From Bugula neritina (lineage: Eukaryota; Animalia; Bryozoa), in the NCBI GenBank assembly GCA_964035545.1, contig CAXIUT010000218.1, positions 1 through 37,337 on the forward strand: a DNA stretch of 37,337 nucleotides. Direction: 5' to 3'. The notes under the pieces are model-generated. The model was not told the origin of the DNA. It saw only the letters and a list, made by a program, of their open reading frames with translations, and did no database searches. The first letter of the stretch is position 1, and the number at the start of each line of letters is the position of its first letter. Below, one piece after another: positions 1 through 11,917 of this stretch. Position numbers and translations under genes: made by a program.

Positions 1-87
1 CCCAACCCCAACCCCAACCCCAACCCCAACCCCAACCCCAACCCCAACCCCAACCCCAACCCCAACCCCAACCCCAACCCCAACCCC
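1..87 (+). repeat. Left telomere, (CCCCAA)n, 87 nt, with one inner CCCTAA variant
   Basis: C4A2 repeats run from base 1 (starting CCCAA) to 87, with CCCTAA at 78-83. This is the Tetrahymena-type ciliate telomere repeat. Confidence 0.98.
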
Positions 88-165
88 TGATACATCTTTA
101 ATAAAGTAAATATTATTATTCAATGAATATTATAAGAATTAAGTAAAATAATTGACTCAAATCAT

Positions 166-1359
166 TCAACAACTCATATTGCACTTTGATGGGCAACTTC
201 TCTCCAAAAGAGGTAAAAATTCACTCAGTTTGCAATAGATTAAAGGACCAAATACCTCAGCAGTAATATCAGCCCATATTGTATCTGCATTTTATTAGGG
301 ATCTTTATTCTCAGCACTTAAATCTTCATTGTAAGCATAGTGGATCTTTCCATCAAAGACTAATTTTTAATACATCTCCATTACCTAGTCACTATAGATA
401 CTTGGATCTTGTGGACCTCTTTTTTCAAGAGATACAGTATAAGCCTTTGCTTTCTCAGCACTAGTAGTTTCTACTGAAAGCATTCTTGTAAATTAGCTAG
501 GATCAATGAGTTATTGGCACTAGATAGGAGTTTCAATGGTATCAAAATAGCTTTTAGAATTTTTTGGGTTTGAAGTTGATCTTTGATTTACTTTCAGATC
601 GAAAGGACTTTCGATAATTTCATATTCAAGAGGGAAGTTATTATACTATGGACCTTCATATTTTTATCCACCCTATTTGAATTTTTTATTAAGTTCTTTA
701 AAACAAGATTGAACTTTAGCTTGAGTTCTAAACTTCACATCATTCAAGAGACCAGAAACCAGACCCATACCAAAAATTCTTTGAATTCTACTTTGATAAG
801 TAACTTCCTACAATCCTGGATTAAATTAGTTACTGGGATCACTTTGTATGTTTTCTAGGGCCCCATCATAGAAAGATTTAAGTGTCTGAATGTAGGCAGA
901 TGATTTTTATTTGTTATATTTTTCAAGTATTTTTTCATCAATATTATTATTGATAATATCACTCTTTAGAGTTTTTCTTTTCATAACTTTAAGTGTTAAG
1001 TCAAAATAAGCATTCAAAGTTGTGTTTGAGACAGTTGAATATGTTTTTTAATTAAAAACCATTCCTCCACAAGATGCATACCCTTGCGAGACTCTATTCC
1101 TAAATTAATCTAAATATTCATATAATGCTCTAGTGTAAGGAAAAGGAAGTCTTTTAAGTCTCATAACAGCGTAATAAGATGGAATTTTACCTTTTATGCT
1201 GTCCAACATAAAAACTTTGTACATTGTTGGAGTCATCCAGTGAGATCTTGCTCTATTCTCCCTACATGAAGAACAACAAGTTTATCTGAAAGATAACACT
1301 ATTCCAAGGCATAGTGTCATCAAAACCAAGCATTTCAACAAAAAAGAAGTGCTATTCAT
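166..1359 (-). CDS. Hypothetical secreted protein, ~397 aa
   Basis: Continuous ORF with TAR=Glu, from ATG 1359 to TGA 166. N-terminus is signal-peptide-like (MNSTSFLLKCLVLMTLCLGIVLS), with Cys clusters near both ends. No family recognised. Confidence 0.75.
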
Positions 1360-2356
1360 GGTGGCTGGAATTTCAATTATAAAAAGTATTGAAAAAGGGT
1401 TTCCATTTATATCCCAAAAGACCCTTTTCGAGTTAAAATATGTTACTTTGAAAATCTCTGTAATATATTATTTCGATGTAAATAGTAGGTTGCTAGAGTT
1501 CTAGTTGTTTATCGTTTATATTTTCATCAAGAGTCAATCATATTTTGGAGTTGTTTATATTTTTTTTCTATTTTAAATAGTCCAAATCTAAATATAAGGT
1601 TTTTTTCATTCAAGATCACGATGTTTTAGCTAAATTAGGTGTTTAAATTTGTCTAAAATTATTTTTAGACTGTACTTTTTTGAATAATAATAAATTCGAA
1701 AGCTTTTTCGTCCGTTGTTTTTTAAAATAGCCTTATTCAGATGATAATAGTCTCAGTACTTCAATGATAGATTTTTTTAATCTCGTGAATTTATTTTTTA
1801 AAACGGTTCTTTCTGGTAAATAAATTCTAGAGTTTGAACGATAATAAGAATGATTCTTTTATTAAAAATAAGATTATTTTAAGGAAGTATAATTAGAAAT
1901 GAGTCTCATCATATGAAAAATTTATATTTTTACTTGATTTTGGGATCTAATTGAATACATTCAAACATTATTTTCTTCGATTATCAATTCTGAGAATAAT
2001 AGAACCTCTAAGAGCAAGAAAAATCAATGATTTCTCATCATATAATTCTAAAATTAGAGAATATTGCTTATTTTAGGTGACAGAAATTATACTAAATGAA
2101 AAATCCCTTCAAAAAATAAATTCAAAAAAATATCTAATCAAATTTTAAGGAAAGGAAAGAACTTATTGATTTTTTATTATGATTTTTATCATCTAATATT
2201 ATTCACACATTCTCAAAACGATTTAATCAAATAAGAATATTTTATATAGTTCTGATATATTCATTTCTGATCAAAATAATTTTTTATAAGAAACTATCAA
2301 GTGGGAGTGCTTTAAATATTCAGCAAAAAAATATTCTTTAAAATAAATTTGATTCA

Positions 2357-2587
2357 ATGCAGATATTTGTAAAGACTTTGACAGGAAAAACCATTACTCT
2401 TGATGTTGAACACACTGATACTATTGAACAAGTCAAGGGAAAAATTCAAGATAAAGAAGGAATTCCTCCTGATCAACAGAGACTCATCTTCGCAGGAAAA
2501 GGTCTTGAAGACCATAGAACTCTCAGTGATTATAATGTTCAAAAATAAAGCACATTACATCTTGTCCTCAGACTAAGAGGAGGTTGA
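2357..2587 (+). CDS. Stand-alone divergent ubiquitin monomer, 76 aa
   Basis: [18 protein letters not shown]...YNVQK[TAA=E][12 protein letters not shown] followed directly by TGA at 2585-2587. Confidence 0.95.
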
Positions 2588-2668
2588 TCATACATAAATT
2601 CAATATTTAATCATAATTATCTATAAAATGGTTTAACTAAAGATAATATTAATTATTAAGTTTATTTA

Positions 2669-5600
2669 TCAAGGTTTGAAAATATCTGAAGATTTTTTTC
2701 TTTTGAAAAGTGAAAGAGGTGACTCTAAAATACTTGCTTGAAGTTTTTTATCTAAGTTTTCGAAGATTTGAAAGAAAGTAGTTGAAGAATTTTTTTTTAT
2801 TGAAAATAAAGCAAAGGATAAAAGTAGTATTTGATTACTCAAGTCATAAATTTGAACTTTTATTTGAAAATTGTTGAACCATAGTTTAAAAAATTCTGAT
2901 GATTCTTCGCTTTATTCTGCTTTAGTAAGTTGCTTAAAAGATTTTGTAGCTTTTTATTATATTTCAATCAAATAATAAACCATAATTTTTATTATCAAGA
3001 ACATTTATTTGATTTCTTAATTTTTGCTTAAGTTTAATGCTTTTGTTATTGAGGGAAGTATTTTTTTAACCTTTTTAATTTATGCTGTTGTAATTATTGT
3101 TTGAAAATAGCTCAATAGAGTGTTAATTTAAATTTTAGAAATTAGTTTATCACAAATAAAGAACCATTAGTACATAACGTTAGATTTATTTTTGTAAAGA
3201 TCAATCGTTTTAAACATCTTCTATAATTCTGAAAATTCTTTTATGTTAAATTATTTTACATATCTAAAGAATAGAAGACAAAATTATTCTATCTCATTTT
3301 ATTCAGAACATTCTCTTTATTTAAACAAATATTTTATATTTTATTATTATTCTTTTATATCCAAAAGTAACTTTATTAGTTTATTTAAAGATCTTTAAGA
3401 AGAAAATTATAAATAGTTTTTTATTTACTTCATTGCTATTTTTAAATATTAATTTTGATTTTTCAAATATATCTTTTTGATATGTGAGATATTTTTATCG
3501 CTGATTCCTATCTCTTGCAAACTATTCAAGAAATGCTTCATTCCTTCCTTATATTTTTACTGTTAAATATATAAAATTCCCAGTTTCTGTTCATAGTAAG
3601 GTTCTTTTCTGTAATTAAAGACTATGAGTTCAAGATATTAAAGCATTTTTTTGTCATTATTTTAAAACTAATGAATTTAAAATAAACCTTTAAAAATTTA
3701 TAAACCCATATTTTTTTAATTTTTTATTTATTTTATCTTTTTTTTCACTTTTTATTTTTTATTTTATTGACTCTTAAGTATATAGTGGGCTTTTGTAAAA
3801 GCTTGAGCAGCTTTCCGCAACCTTTCTTGACTTTGACACTGTTTAAATAGAGATAATTCACAATATCCTATTTTAGTCCATAATAATTCATCTTATTCTT
3901 GAGATTCTATTTGAAGTAAAAAATCAAAAGAGTTTAAAGCAAGTTAATATTGATTCATTTTTACTAATTAATATCCAGATTTCATTAGTGATAATGCTTT
4001 AAATCCAAGACTTAATCTAAAACTATCCCTTATTTCATTAAGTTTATTTTAAATATCTTTTTCAAATTTAATTTTTTTAAAAAAATTAATTTAAAATTAT
4101 CTTGAACTTATTTCTTTATTTAAATTTTTTATTCTTTTCTGTAATTATTATAATTATAATTCATCTTTCTTCTTTTGATTAACTTGTTTATTTTAATTCT
4201 AATTTCTATCCTAATTCTAATTTCTATTCTAATTCTAATTCTAATTTCTATTCTAATATTGATTTTAATTCTAAATTTAACTTTTAATTTAATTCTATTT
4301 TTTATTTTATTTTTAATCCATTGATTTGATATTTTATTCCAATTAAATTAAATATGATTTTTTATTTTATAACTATTTTTATGATTCATTGATCTATTCT
4401 TCAATGCCTTCGAAAAGTTAACTTTTTTTTTATTTACATTTATTTAAAAATATTCCCATCTATTCACAAACATCAATAATTCTAAAATTCTAATCTTTTT
4501 ATTTTAATTTTTAAAACCAACACATAAACTATTTTAATTTTTTTACCATCTTCTTCATTTCTTTTTTTTCCTCATATATGATTCCCAAGTAAACAATAGT
4601 ATAAATATTCGATCTATTGAAATACTAATGAGATTTTTCTAAAAAATATATTGCCCTTTTTATTTTACCTGTTTTATAGCAGTATTTTCCAGATTATAAA
4701 TAATGATCTTTAAGATCAATATTGTCGTTGGTTTTGAAATTATTTTTAAAATTAAAATTTTAATTGCAGTATTCAAGAGAGGATTCGAAATATTTTGATG
4801 CTTACATTTATTGTTTTAATTATCCAGAAATGCATCCAAGTAGATTGAGCAAAATGGATTTTCTTTCAGAATTTAAATTATTAAAAATTTATACGTTATT
4901 ATTTATTGAATTCTAAGCTATGTTTTTTGCTTCTTAGTATAATTTTACTTGATACAGGCAATATATTTATTGAAAAATAGCATTTGGATCATCAGGTTTC
5001 ATCTTGCGACATTATCTGAAATAATAAATAGCCTAGAAATATCTAAAAAGAAATAGATTTAAGCTTCCTAATTCGAAATAGTGATAAAATGATTTTTAGC
5101 TATTTAATCTTAATTTTTAAAGAATATCTTCTAATTTGTTAGATTTTTATTATAAATTTTAACCATTTGAATATGCTTTAGATAAGTTAAAATATCTAAC
5201 TTTTTCATCAGTTATAAGTTAAAATTATTTCATTCCTTTCTAGAGTTGACCTTACTGGATATAGTATTATCCTAAATTAATGATATTTTAATCAGAAAAT
5301 GATAATTTCTTTTTTAACAGTAGAAGAATCAAATAATATTCAGTTAGTTATTCTTTCTTTAATGTGATGGCAACAACTGGAATAATACTTGAATACTAAT
5401 CTTCTGAAAATTATAGTAATTATTATTAACTAATAACAAATTACTATTTAGATGAATTACTTATTTATTAAATTGATTATTATGAGTTACTTTCTTATTA
5501 TTCAGAGTTATACTCCTAAAGATCATGATTTGATTTTTATTTATGATAAAAAATAATAAAACAAAGGATATTAAGCAATCTAAATATTTGAGATTGATTG

Positions 5601-5848
5601 TTTTTGATGAATATTTTATTCAGATATAAGTTTTTATAAATATTCTTATCTTTCTTTATTGCTTTTATTACTAATTTAACTTTTTACTCATTAATGTTTA
5701 TTTTTACTTGATCACTTAGTTCTTAGATTTATTGATATTAACCATTTTATTCATAGTTAACCATTTTTTAAAGAAATTCTTCTAGCTACAGACCATCATT
5801 CTCTTCTAACTATTGAGCCTGATTGAAAATATTGAATCCTAAATCCAT
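2669..5848 (-). CDS. Large helical/TPR-like repeat protein, ~1059 aa
   Basis: ATG 5848 and TGA 2669 are in the same frame, and the segments I translated are open. TPR-like helices include HYFELGSLNLFLFRYFEAIYYFRECRKMKPDD and PYYEQKLGILYIEQEKYKEGMKHF. A low-complexity LE/EK stretch lies at ~4190-4300. Confidence 0.7.
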
Positions 5849-5909
5849 AATATTACAATAAATGATAAAATTAATAATATTTCATGTATATCAAGGATTT
5901 GTGAATATA

Positions 5910-6584
5910 TCACTTTAGCTCTGAGACTACAGTGCCTTTAGCATATTTTATAACTGTATCATGACCATGTTGTAAAACAAATTGACTCATGTTGTTCCCT
6001 TTCAAATCATAACATTTGGAAAATAAGTTACTATTCACCTTAAGAAGAGCAAAACAATATATGCAAATACATACTTGAGGCAAATTCCATCCTAATAAAT
6101 TCAGTATAATTAGAACAAACCATATTATCAAAAAGATATATATTGTCCACCAAAAAACAGTCTGATTTGTACTTGATATTATCCTTTAATCGACTCTTGA
6201 TTAAAATCTCCATTGTTCTCCTCCATCTTATGAATACTAAACCCACCATCTGAGTCCGACAAGCAACCTACCAACGATATTTTTAGTAACCCAAAAATCA
6301 ACTGCAGCAGCTACAATCATAAATGCGAGCACATTAAACGTGCATGTGATGGTAGGCAGCATAAGATAAACGAAAACAACTCCTATTTTAACTACAATAT
6401 GAAGAAGAGCGCTAATGGGATTACTAGCCATAGCGCACATTGATGGCAAAACTGAATCTCCCTAAGGTTTAAAACTTATTCTTTAAACTTCTGTTTCCTT
6501 ATTTGTGTCATTTTGTTCATCCTTAAGTTCTATCTCATCTTTCTGATCTATCTTGTCATAGTAATGAGGTTTTTCTTATTGCAT
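5910..6584 (-). CDS. TVP23: TVP23/FAM18 Golgi membrane protein, paralog a
   Basis: Family motif DFWVTKNIVGRLLVGLRWW...W.FES. The frame is open from ATG 6584 to TGA 5910, with a possible in-frame 27-nt intron near 6462-6490. Confidence 0.9.
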
Positions 6585-6653
6585 TGATTATTGCTTTATA
6601 ATTTTTATTTAATCATATAAAATGTTAAATAGTTGATTGAGAATGATATGATG

Positions 6654-6734
6654 GGGGTTGGGGTTGGGGTTGGGGTTGGGGTTGGGGTTGGGGTTGGGGT
6701 TGGGGTTGGGGTTGGGGTTGGGGTTGGGGTTGGG
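6654..6734 (+). repeat. Internal telomeric tract 1, (GGGGTT)13GGG, 81 nt
   Basis: Perfect G4T2 repeats ending TTGGG, followed by A. Confidence 0.98.
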
Positions 6735-7272
6735 AGTTTTATTTTTGAACTTTGCTACATTTATAGTAAGAGTATGTGTTGAAGATTAGTAGTACTGCAC
6801 AGAATACACAGATTGTAATATGAGTCAGATTAATCTTCAAAACATTTATAACTGATAGTACTACCCAAATCAAACAAAAAAGAATTAAAGTCCACCAAAA
6901 TGCCTTATCACTAGCTCCAGAATTCTCTTTTTAATCCACTTTACACTCAAATTTCCAATGTTCTTCTCCTTCTTCGTTAAAATCAATCCACCATCTGAGT
7001 CCAACCAATAACCTTCCTGACACATTCTTGACAAACCAGAAATCCATAGCAGCTAAAATGACAACTATCACTAATACATCAAAGCTTCCAGTGATGAAAG
7101 GTAAGACTAAGTAAAGGAAAACTATTCCTATTTTAAGCAAGACATGTATTGCTGCTACTCCAGGACTAGAAGAATGGGATATAAAAGAAGGCATAGCACT
7201 ACTTTGGTTTACAGATGATCTCTAATTATCCTTAAGGATAAGGTTTTAGCCTTTTTTTTCTCTTTCGTTCAT
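6735..7272 (-). CDS. TVP23: TVP23/FAM18 paralog b, 3' end interrupted by telomeric tract 1
   Basis: DFWFVKNVSGRLLVGLRWW...WKFECKVD...YYKCSKVQKEN runs into the tract with no stop. The next in-frame TGA is at 6613-6615, beyond the tract. Confidence 0.88.
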
Positions 7273-7302
7273 TAACAATTTATTTTAAATTATACAAAGG
7301 AA

Positions 7303-9255
7303 TCACTTGGATTTAGGATAGAACTTACTGTGTTCGAAAGAAGCCATCATTTTAACATCTTTTCCACCTTCTTCTATCTGCTTAAGTAGTTCTGCTTCGC
7401 TATGAGCCTCTTCTTCACTCATTTATCTCTTCCTATCCATAAGTTCTTCATATTCTCTGTATACTCTTTTCAAATCTTTTTCGATGATTCCATAAAAAAG
7501 CATAGAAAGTCCACTTGCATATTTATCAAGAATTTTGATAGTATTGACTTTAAGATGTTAGAATACAACTTCTGAATAAGCAGATAGTTACCTTTATTTT
7601 AAGTGAACTTGATCATTTATTCGACTGATTGAGCATATGACAGTTTCATCTCATCTAGAACTTATATTTAAATATTAGTTCCTTCAGAAGAATCCAAAAA
7701 TAAAGCAATTATTTTTTATATATGATTTAGATTAATATTCTTTATTCTCTTGATACATTGTTCCTTATTTTTAATTTCAATATCAGGAACAAATAAACTT
7801 GTTAATTCACTTGAATATCTGTTTATTAGATTTTCTCTTGATCCTGCAACGGTAACAGCTTGTAAAAGAGCTTCCTTAAACTGATTACGTTTAGTTGTTA
7901 TGAATGAGAAGTTTTTCTGAGTGAAGATGCCAATAATCTAACTACCACTGATAACTTGAAAGATATTACGATAAATTGGATCCATCTATCCTTATTCAAC
8001 CATATCACCTAAAGACATAGATAGTAATTCTCCCATACCACCACTTTGTTGAACACTGTTGAATAAACCCATTAAGTTAATACCTCCTCCACTATTTTGT
8101 TATCCTTATTGTCCTGGTTGATTGTTAGGAACTGGAATAACAATTGAGTTTAACTGTTGACTAAGATTTGCTGAATTTAATTAATTTTGACTTGAAGGTT
8201 GTGGGGGATTTGAAACTTTTTAAGGTTATTATTTTTTTTAGATATTAGATTTCGGTACATTATTTTGTGTTTAAAGAGGATTTGTGGGAATATTTTTTGT
8301 CTATGATTCAGGTTTTGATACTGGATTTGATTCTGATTGAGATGATGTAAATTGGGAAGGTTGTTGAGGTTGAGTTGGATTTGGCTGCATATTTGCTCCA
8401 GTAAAAATATTTGAAAAACTAAACATGGCGTTGGGAGCCATCATCCCTCCAGGTTGGAGAAATTGATTTGCCAAATTTTGTAAATTAGGAATGTTCATTT
8501 GTGGAGGTTGCTGTTGTTGTTGAGATTGGGATTCAGACTGACTTTGTTGTTGTTGAGGCTGAGGCGGGAAAAATTGGCCTACCAAATTTTGTAAATTTGG
8601 AATATTCATTTGTGGAGGTTGTTGTGGTTGTGGTTGAGATTGAGATTCAGACTGACTTTGTTGTTGTTGAGGCTGAGGCGGGAAAAATTGGCCTACCAAA
8701 TTTTGTAAATTAGGGATATTCATTTGTGGAGGTTGTTGTGGTTGAGATTGGGATTCAGACTGACTTTGTTGTTGAGGTTGAGGTTGGAAAAATTGGTTTA
8801 CCAAATTTTGTAAATTAGGGATATTCATTTGTGGAGGTTGCTGTGGTTGTTGTGGTTGCTGTGGTTGCTGTGGCTGTTGTGGTTGTTGTGGCTGTTGTGA
8901 TTGTTGTGGTTGCTGTTGAGGTTGTTGGGGCTACTGTTGAGGCTGAGAAGGTTGTAATTTAGCGATTAGATGAATAGTGAGTCCAGATTATTTAACTATT
9001 TTAGCCTAAAATTACCATATTGCCCAATAGGCATATTGTCTAATAGTTGTTTTCCTGAATAGACAAGTCTTTGTTTCTAAATGGGTACTTTGATTTTCTA
9101 TTCAATTTTTATTTTAAGATCTCCAACAATCATCTGCATTGCTTCAATAGTACCTCAGGGTTAGTTTAAATGTCAAAAACTTCATTGCTCAATAGTTTAA
9201 CTTTGATATAGAAGTTGGATTCTTAAATAACTGGCTGGTTAAGATCTTCTGCCAT
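7303..9255 (-). CDS. N-terminal ubiquitin-like domain protein with Q/P-rich repeats (BAG6/Scythe-like architecture)
   Basis: UBL domain: FYIKVKLLSNEVF...VGDLKIKIEEKIKVPIEKQRLVYSGKQLLD. Three 20-nt GT-AG introns (9134-9153, 8996-9015, ~7572-7591) restore the frame to TGA 7303. Confidence 0.78.
8455..8840 (-). repeat. Coding tandem repeat, four units of ~105-114 bp
   Basis: The anchor CATTTGTGGAGG recurs at about 8496, 8607, 8721 and 8826. The unit encodes QPPQMNIPNLQNL(V/A)xQFF..QPQQQ(Q)SQSESQSQ. Confidence 0.92.
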
Positions 9256-9444
9256 TATGATTATGTATTTAATATCTTTTTAATCCTTTATTAGGTAAGC
9301 TACATGTGGATGAATAATATGAAATATTTGTAAAATTAATTAAGATCGTTATTAGTCTTATTGAATATAATATTAATTAATTGAATATGAATTCTTTTTA
9401 TTTTTTAAGAGTTTATTAAAGTTTCATTATTTCTAATAATTTTC

Positions 9445-10962
9445 ATGGGACTGTTAGGTAAGACATTGAAGGGAAGAAGCGCTAGACCAGGAGGTCTACC
9501 TCCTAAGAAAAACATTAAAATCCGACAAATAGCTAAAACCCAGGAAGAGTTCGATCAGCTTAAAAAACTTGCCAAGATGAAAAAAGATATTCTTCGATCT
9601 AAAATTTAAAGTTAGCACAAAATTGTTAATTTTAACAAGAAGAAATTACTTACTTATTGGAGAAAGATCATGAGAATAGCTAAAACAGAGTAGCTTAGAA
9701 ATTAAATTGATATTTACTCACAAAACAATCAAAGATAACTTGACTCCAAAGAGGCTTTTATACAGATGCTTGATAAAAACCTTGATTAATCAAACAATCA
9801 ATATCAGATAGCCATAAGAAATCATCTCATTCATATTGATACTCTTCTTTCTGTTCAAAATTCAAGAGTTCAAGGTTTAATGGAATAGTTCAGAAGAGAT
9901 GTAAATATACTTGAGCAGGAGTATCTTACTTAAAGACAGGAAATGGAACAAACTCATCATGATCATCTTAAAGAACTCAATGATATGATTGATACAGTTA
10001 AAGAATAAGATCGCAGAAAAGCTGAAGAAATAAGAACTGAGGAACAAGCTTTTCGTGAAGAAATCAAAAATAAAAATCTTGAAGAACTTCAACATATGAA
10101 ATTTAATCTTGAGGCTAAACAAACCAAGCATTATACAGAACTTTAACAAATGCATCAAAAATATTCATCTGATACTGGTAAAAAAACATAAGAGCATAGC
10201 AAAAATTTTGAAGACAATAAAAATATGACTATTAAGATCAATTAACTTGATAGAAATATCATTAGAAAAAGATCAAAAATAGATCTTCTAAAACTTAAAA
10301 TTTTACAACATAAAAAATAAAGTGGAGCTCGAAATAATGCTCTCAGAAAAGAAAAAGATAATATTTCGAAAAATTATCAAGAACTTAAAGAAAAAATGAA
10401 TAGATTCAGAGAAGAATAAGATCGTAGACTTAAATAACTAACCAACAATTCAAGAAATGCTGTTGAAAAACTTAAAGAGTATCTTTAAATGGGTGATAAA
10501 ATTCTAAAAACAGCTTAATTATGCAGAAGACTCTAAACTTAAAAAGAAAAGGTACTTCCTTTCTATGAATCAACAGTTGATGAAAGTTAAATTTCTTAAT
10601 AGTTGAAAAATCAATTCCAAGAACTATCTGCATAGGAGTATGAAGAATTCAAATATTTGAACAATTTCTTTAAAAGACATAACAAAGTTCTCCTGGATCT
10701 ATTGGCCATTAAAAAGCAAAAAGAAACTCTTGGAAAGGATAACACAATGTTGAAATCACTATTGAAACAATATTTGGATGGAATTTCTCTTAATGATTAA
10801 GTCTTAAGAACAAACAACCCTCTTTTCATTGTGAATAATCGCATTCAAATCAGTCAAGAACCAGTAGAAGAAACTCAAGGTCCAACCATTGTCAATGCTA
10901 ACTTTGTTCATACCAACAATATCAATCAACTTGGCAGAATGGCTCCTCAACGCTTCCAGTGA
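9445..10962 (+). CDS. DRC2: Dynein regulatory complex subunit 2 (CCDC65/DRC2)
   Basis: [32 protein letters not shown]...LDKNLDESNNQY..RNHLIHID and LCRRLETEKEKVLPFY match CCDC65 motifs. 505 aa, no intron needed. Confidence 0.88.
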
Positions 10963-11021
10963 TAACCCCATAAATTTATAAATTATAACTATCTTTATAT
11001 TTTAGTATAATACCATACAAA

Positions 11022-11765
11022 TCAAAATTAACATTTTCTTTTCTTTTCCTTTTTTAGTCTAGAACGGTAATACTCTTTCTATTAATTCAATTGTTTCACT
11101 TTTTTTTCATATTTATTTAAAACGCATTTGAGTTTTTAGATTATTTATTCATATCTATTATCTTATCTCAATTTAGACTGTTCTGATTATCTTTTAGTTA
11201 GCATAGTAGAATTTAATAAACTTTTCATAGCTTTCAGTCTATCTCCTGATAAATTCTATCTTTTATTATTATTGCTCTAACAGCTTTTACCACCTGTTAT
11301 CTCGTGTTTTGTTTCTAATCTATCAGAAATATTGATCTTTGAACTATAGTCATATTTTAATTTAGTAAAGTTTTTTCTTTTATCTTTTTTATCCCCTTGT
11401 TTGCCGAACTAACTCCAATTTCTTCTAACTTTTCTTCCTTTCATTTTTTAATCCTTCTTCACAGATTTACCTGATTTTCCTCTCCAATAATATCTAATAT
11501 TGACATGATTATCATGACCTTTGCTATTTTTATTTATACCTCCTTTACTACTTCTCCAATTCTTAGAACCAAAGGTAACATCTTCTATATTGTCTATTAA
11601 TGAACTTTTGTCTTTATTCTGTGATGGTCGAGAATCAAGACTGTGTCGTTTAGACAAAGTGTGAGGTTTTGTTTGAAAATATAGATGACTTGCTTTCAAA
11701 CTATTAAATTTGTGTTGAGGTTGAGGGAGAAGAAGTAAATGATATCGCTTCGAATGACTGCTCAT
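11022..11765 (-). CDS. Hypothetical basic protein with C-terminal coiled coil, 247 aa
   Basis: Open frame from ATG 11765 to TGA 11022 under TAR=Glu. Confidence 0.65.
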
Positions 11766-11835
11766 ACAATTATATCTATCGGTTATTATTTAAATTTTAA
11801 TATGACACTTTAAATAGATCTCATAATATTTTTTA

Positions 11836-11916
11836 GGGGTTGGGGTTGGGGTTGGGGTTGGGGTTGGGGTTGGGGTTGGGGTTGGGGTTGGGGTTGGGGT
11901 TGGGGTTGGGGTTGGG
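11836..11916 (+). repeat. Internal telomeric tract 2, (GGGGTT)13GGG, 81 nt
   Basis: Perfect G4T2 repeats ending TTGGG, followed by A. Confidence 0.98.
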
Positions 11917-11917
11917 A

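Noticed and set aside
1560-1912. Possible ~100-codon minus-strand ORF between the first gene and ubiquitin
   Set aside because: I could not confirm a consistent frame or any homology, and with a single stop codon such ORFs arise by chance.
2357-2587. NEDD8/Rub1 identity for the ubiquitin-like gene
   Set aside because: It has ubiquitin-type F4, K63-E64 and R72 rather than the NEDD8 residues.
8455-8840. CRISPR-like repeat-spacer array
   Set aside because: These are in-frame coding tandem repeats without unique spacers, in a eukaryotic gene.
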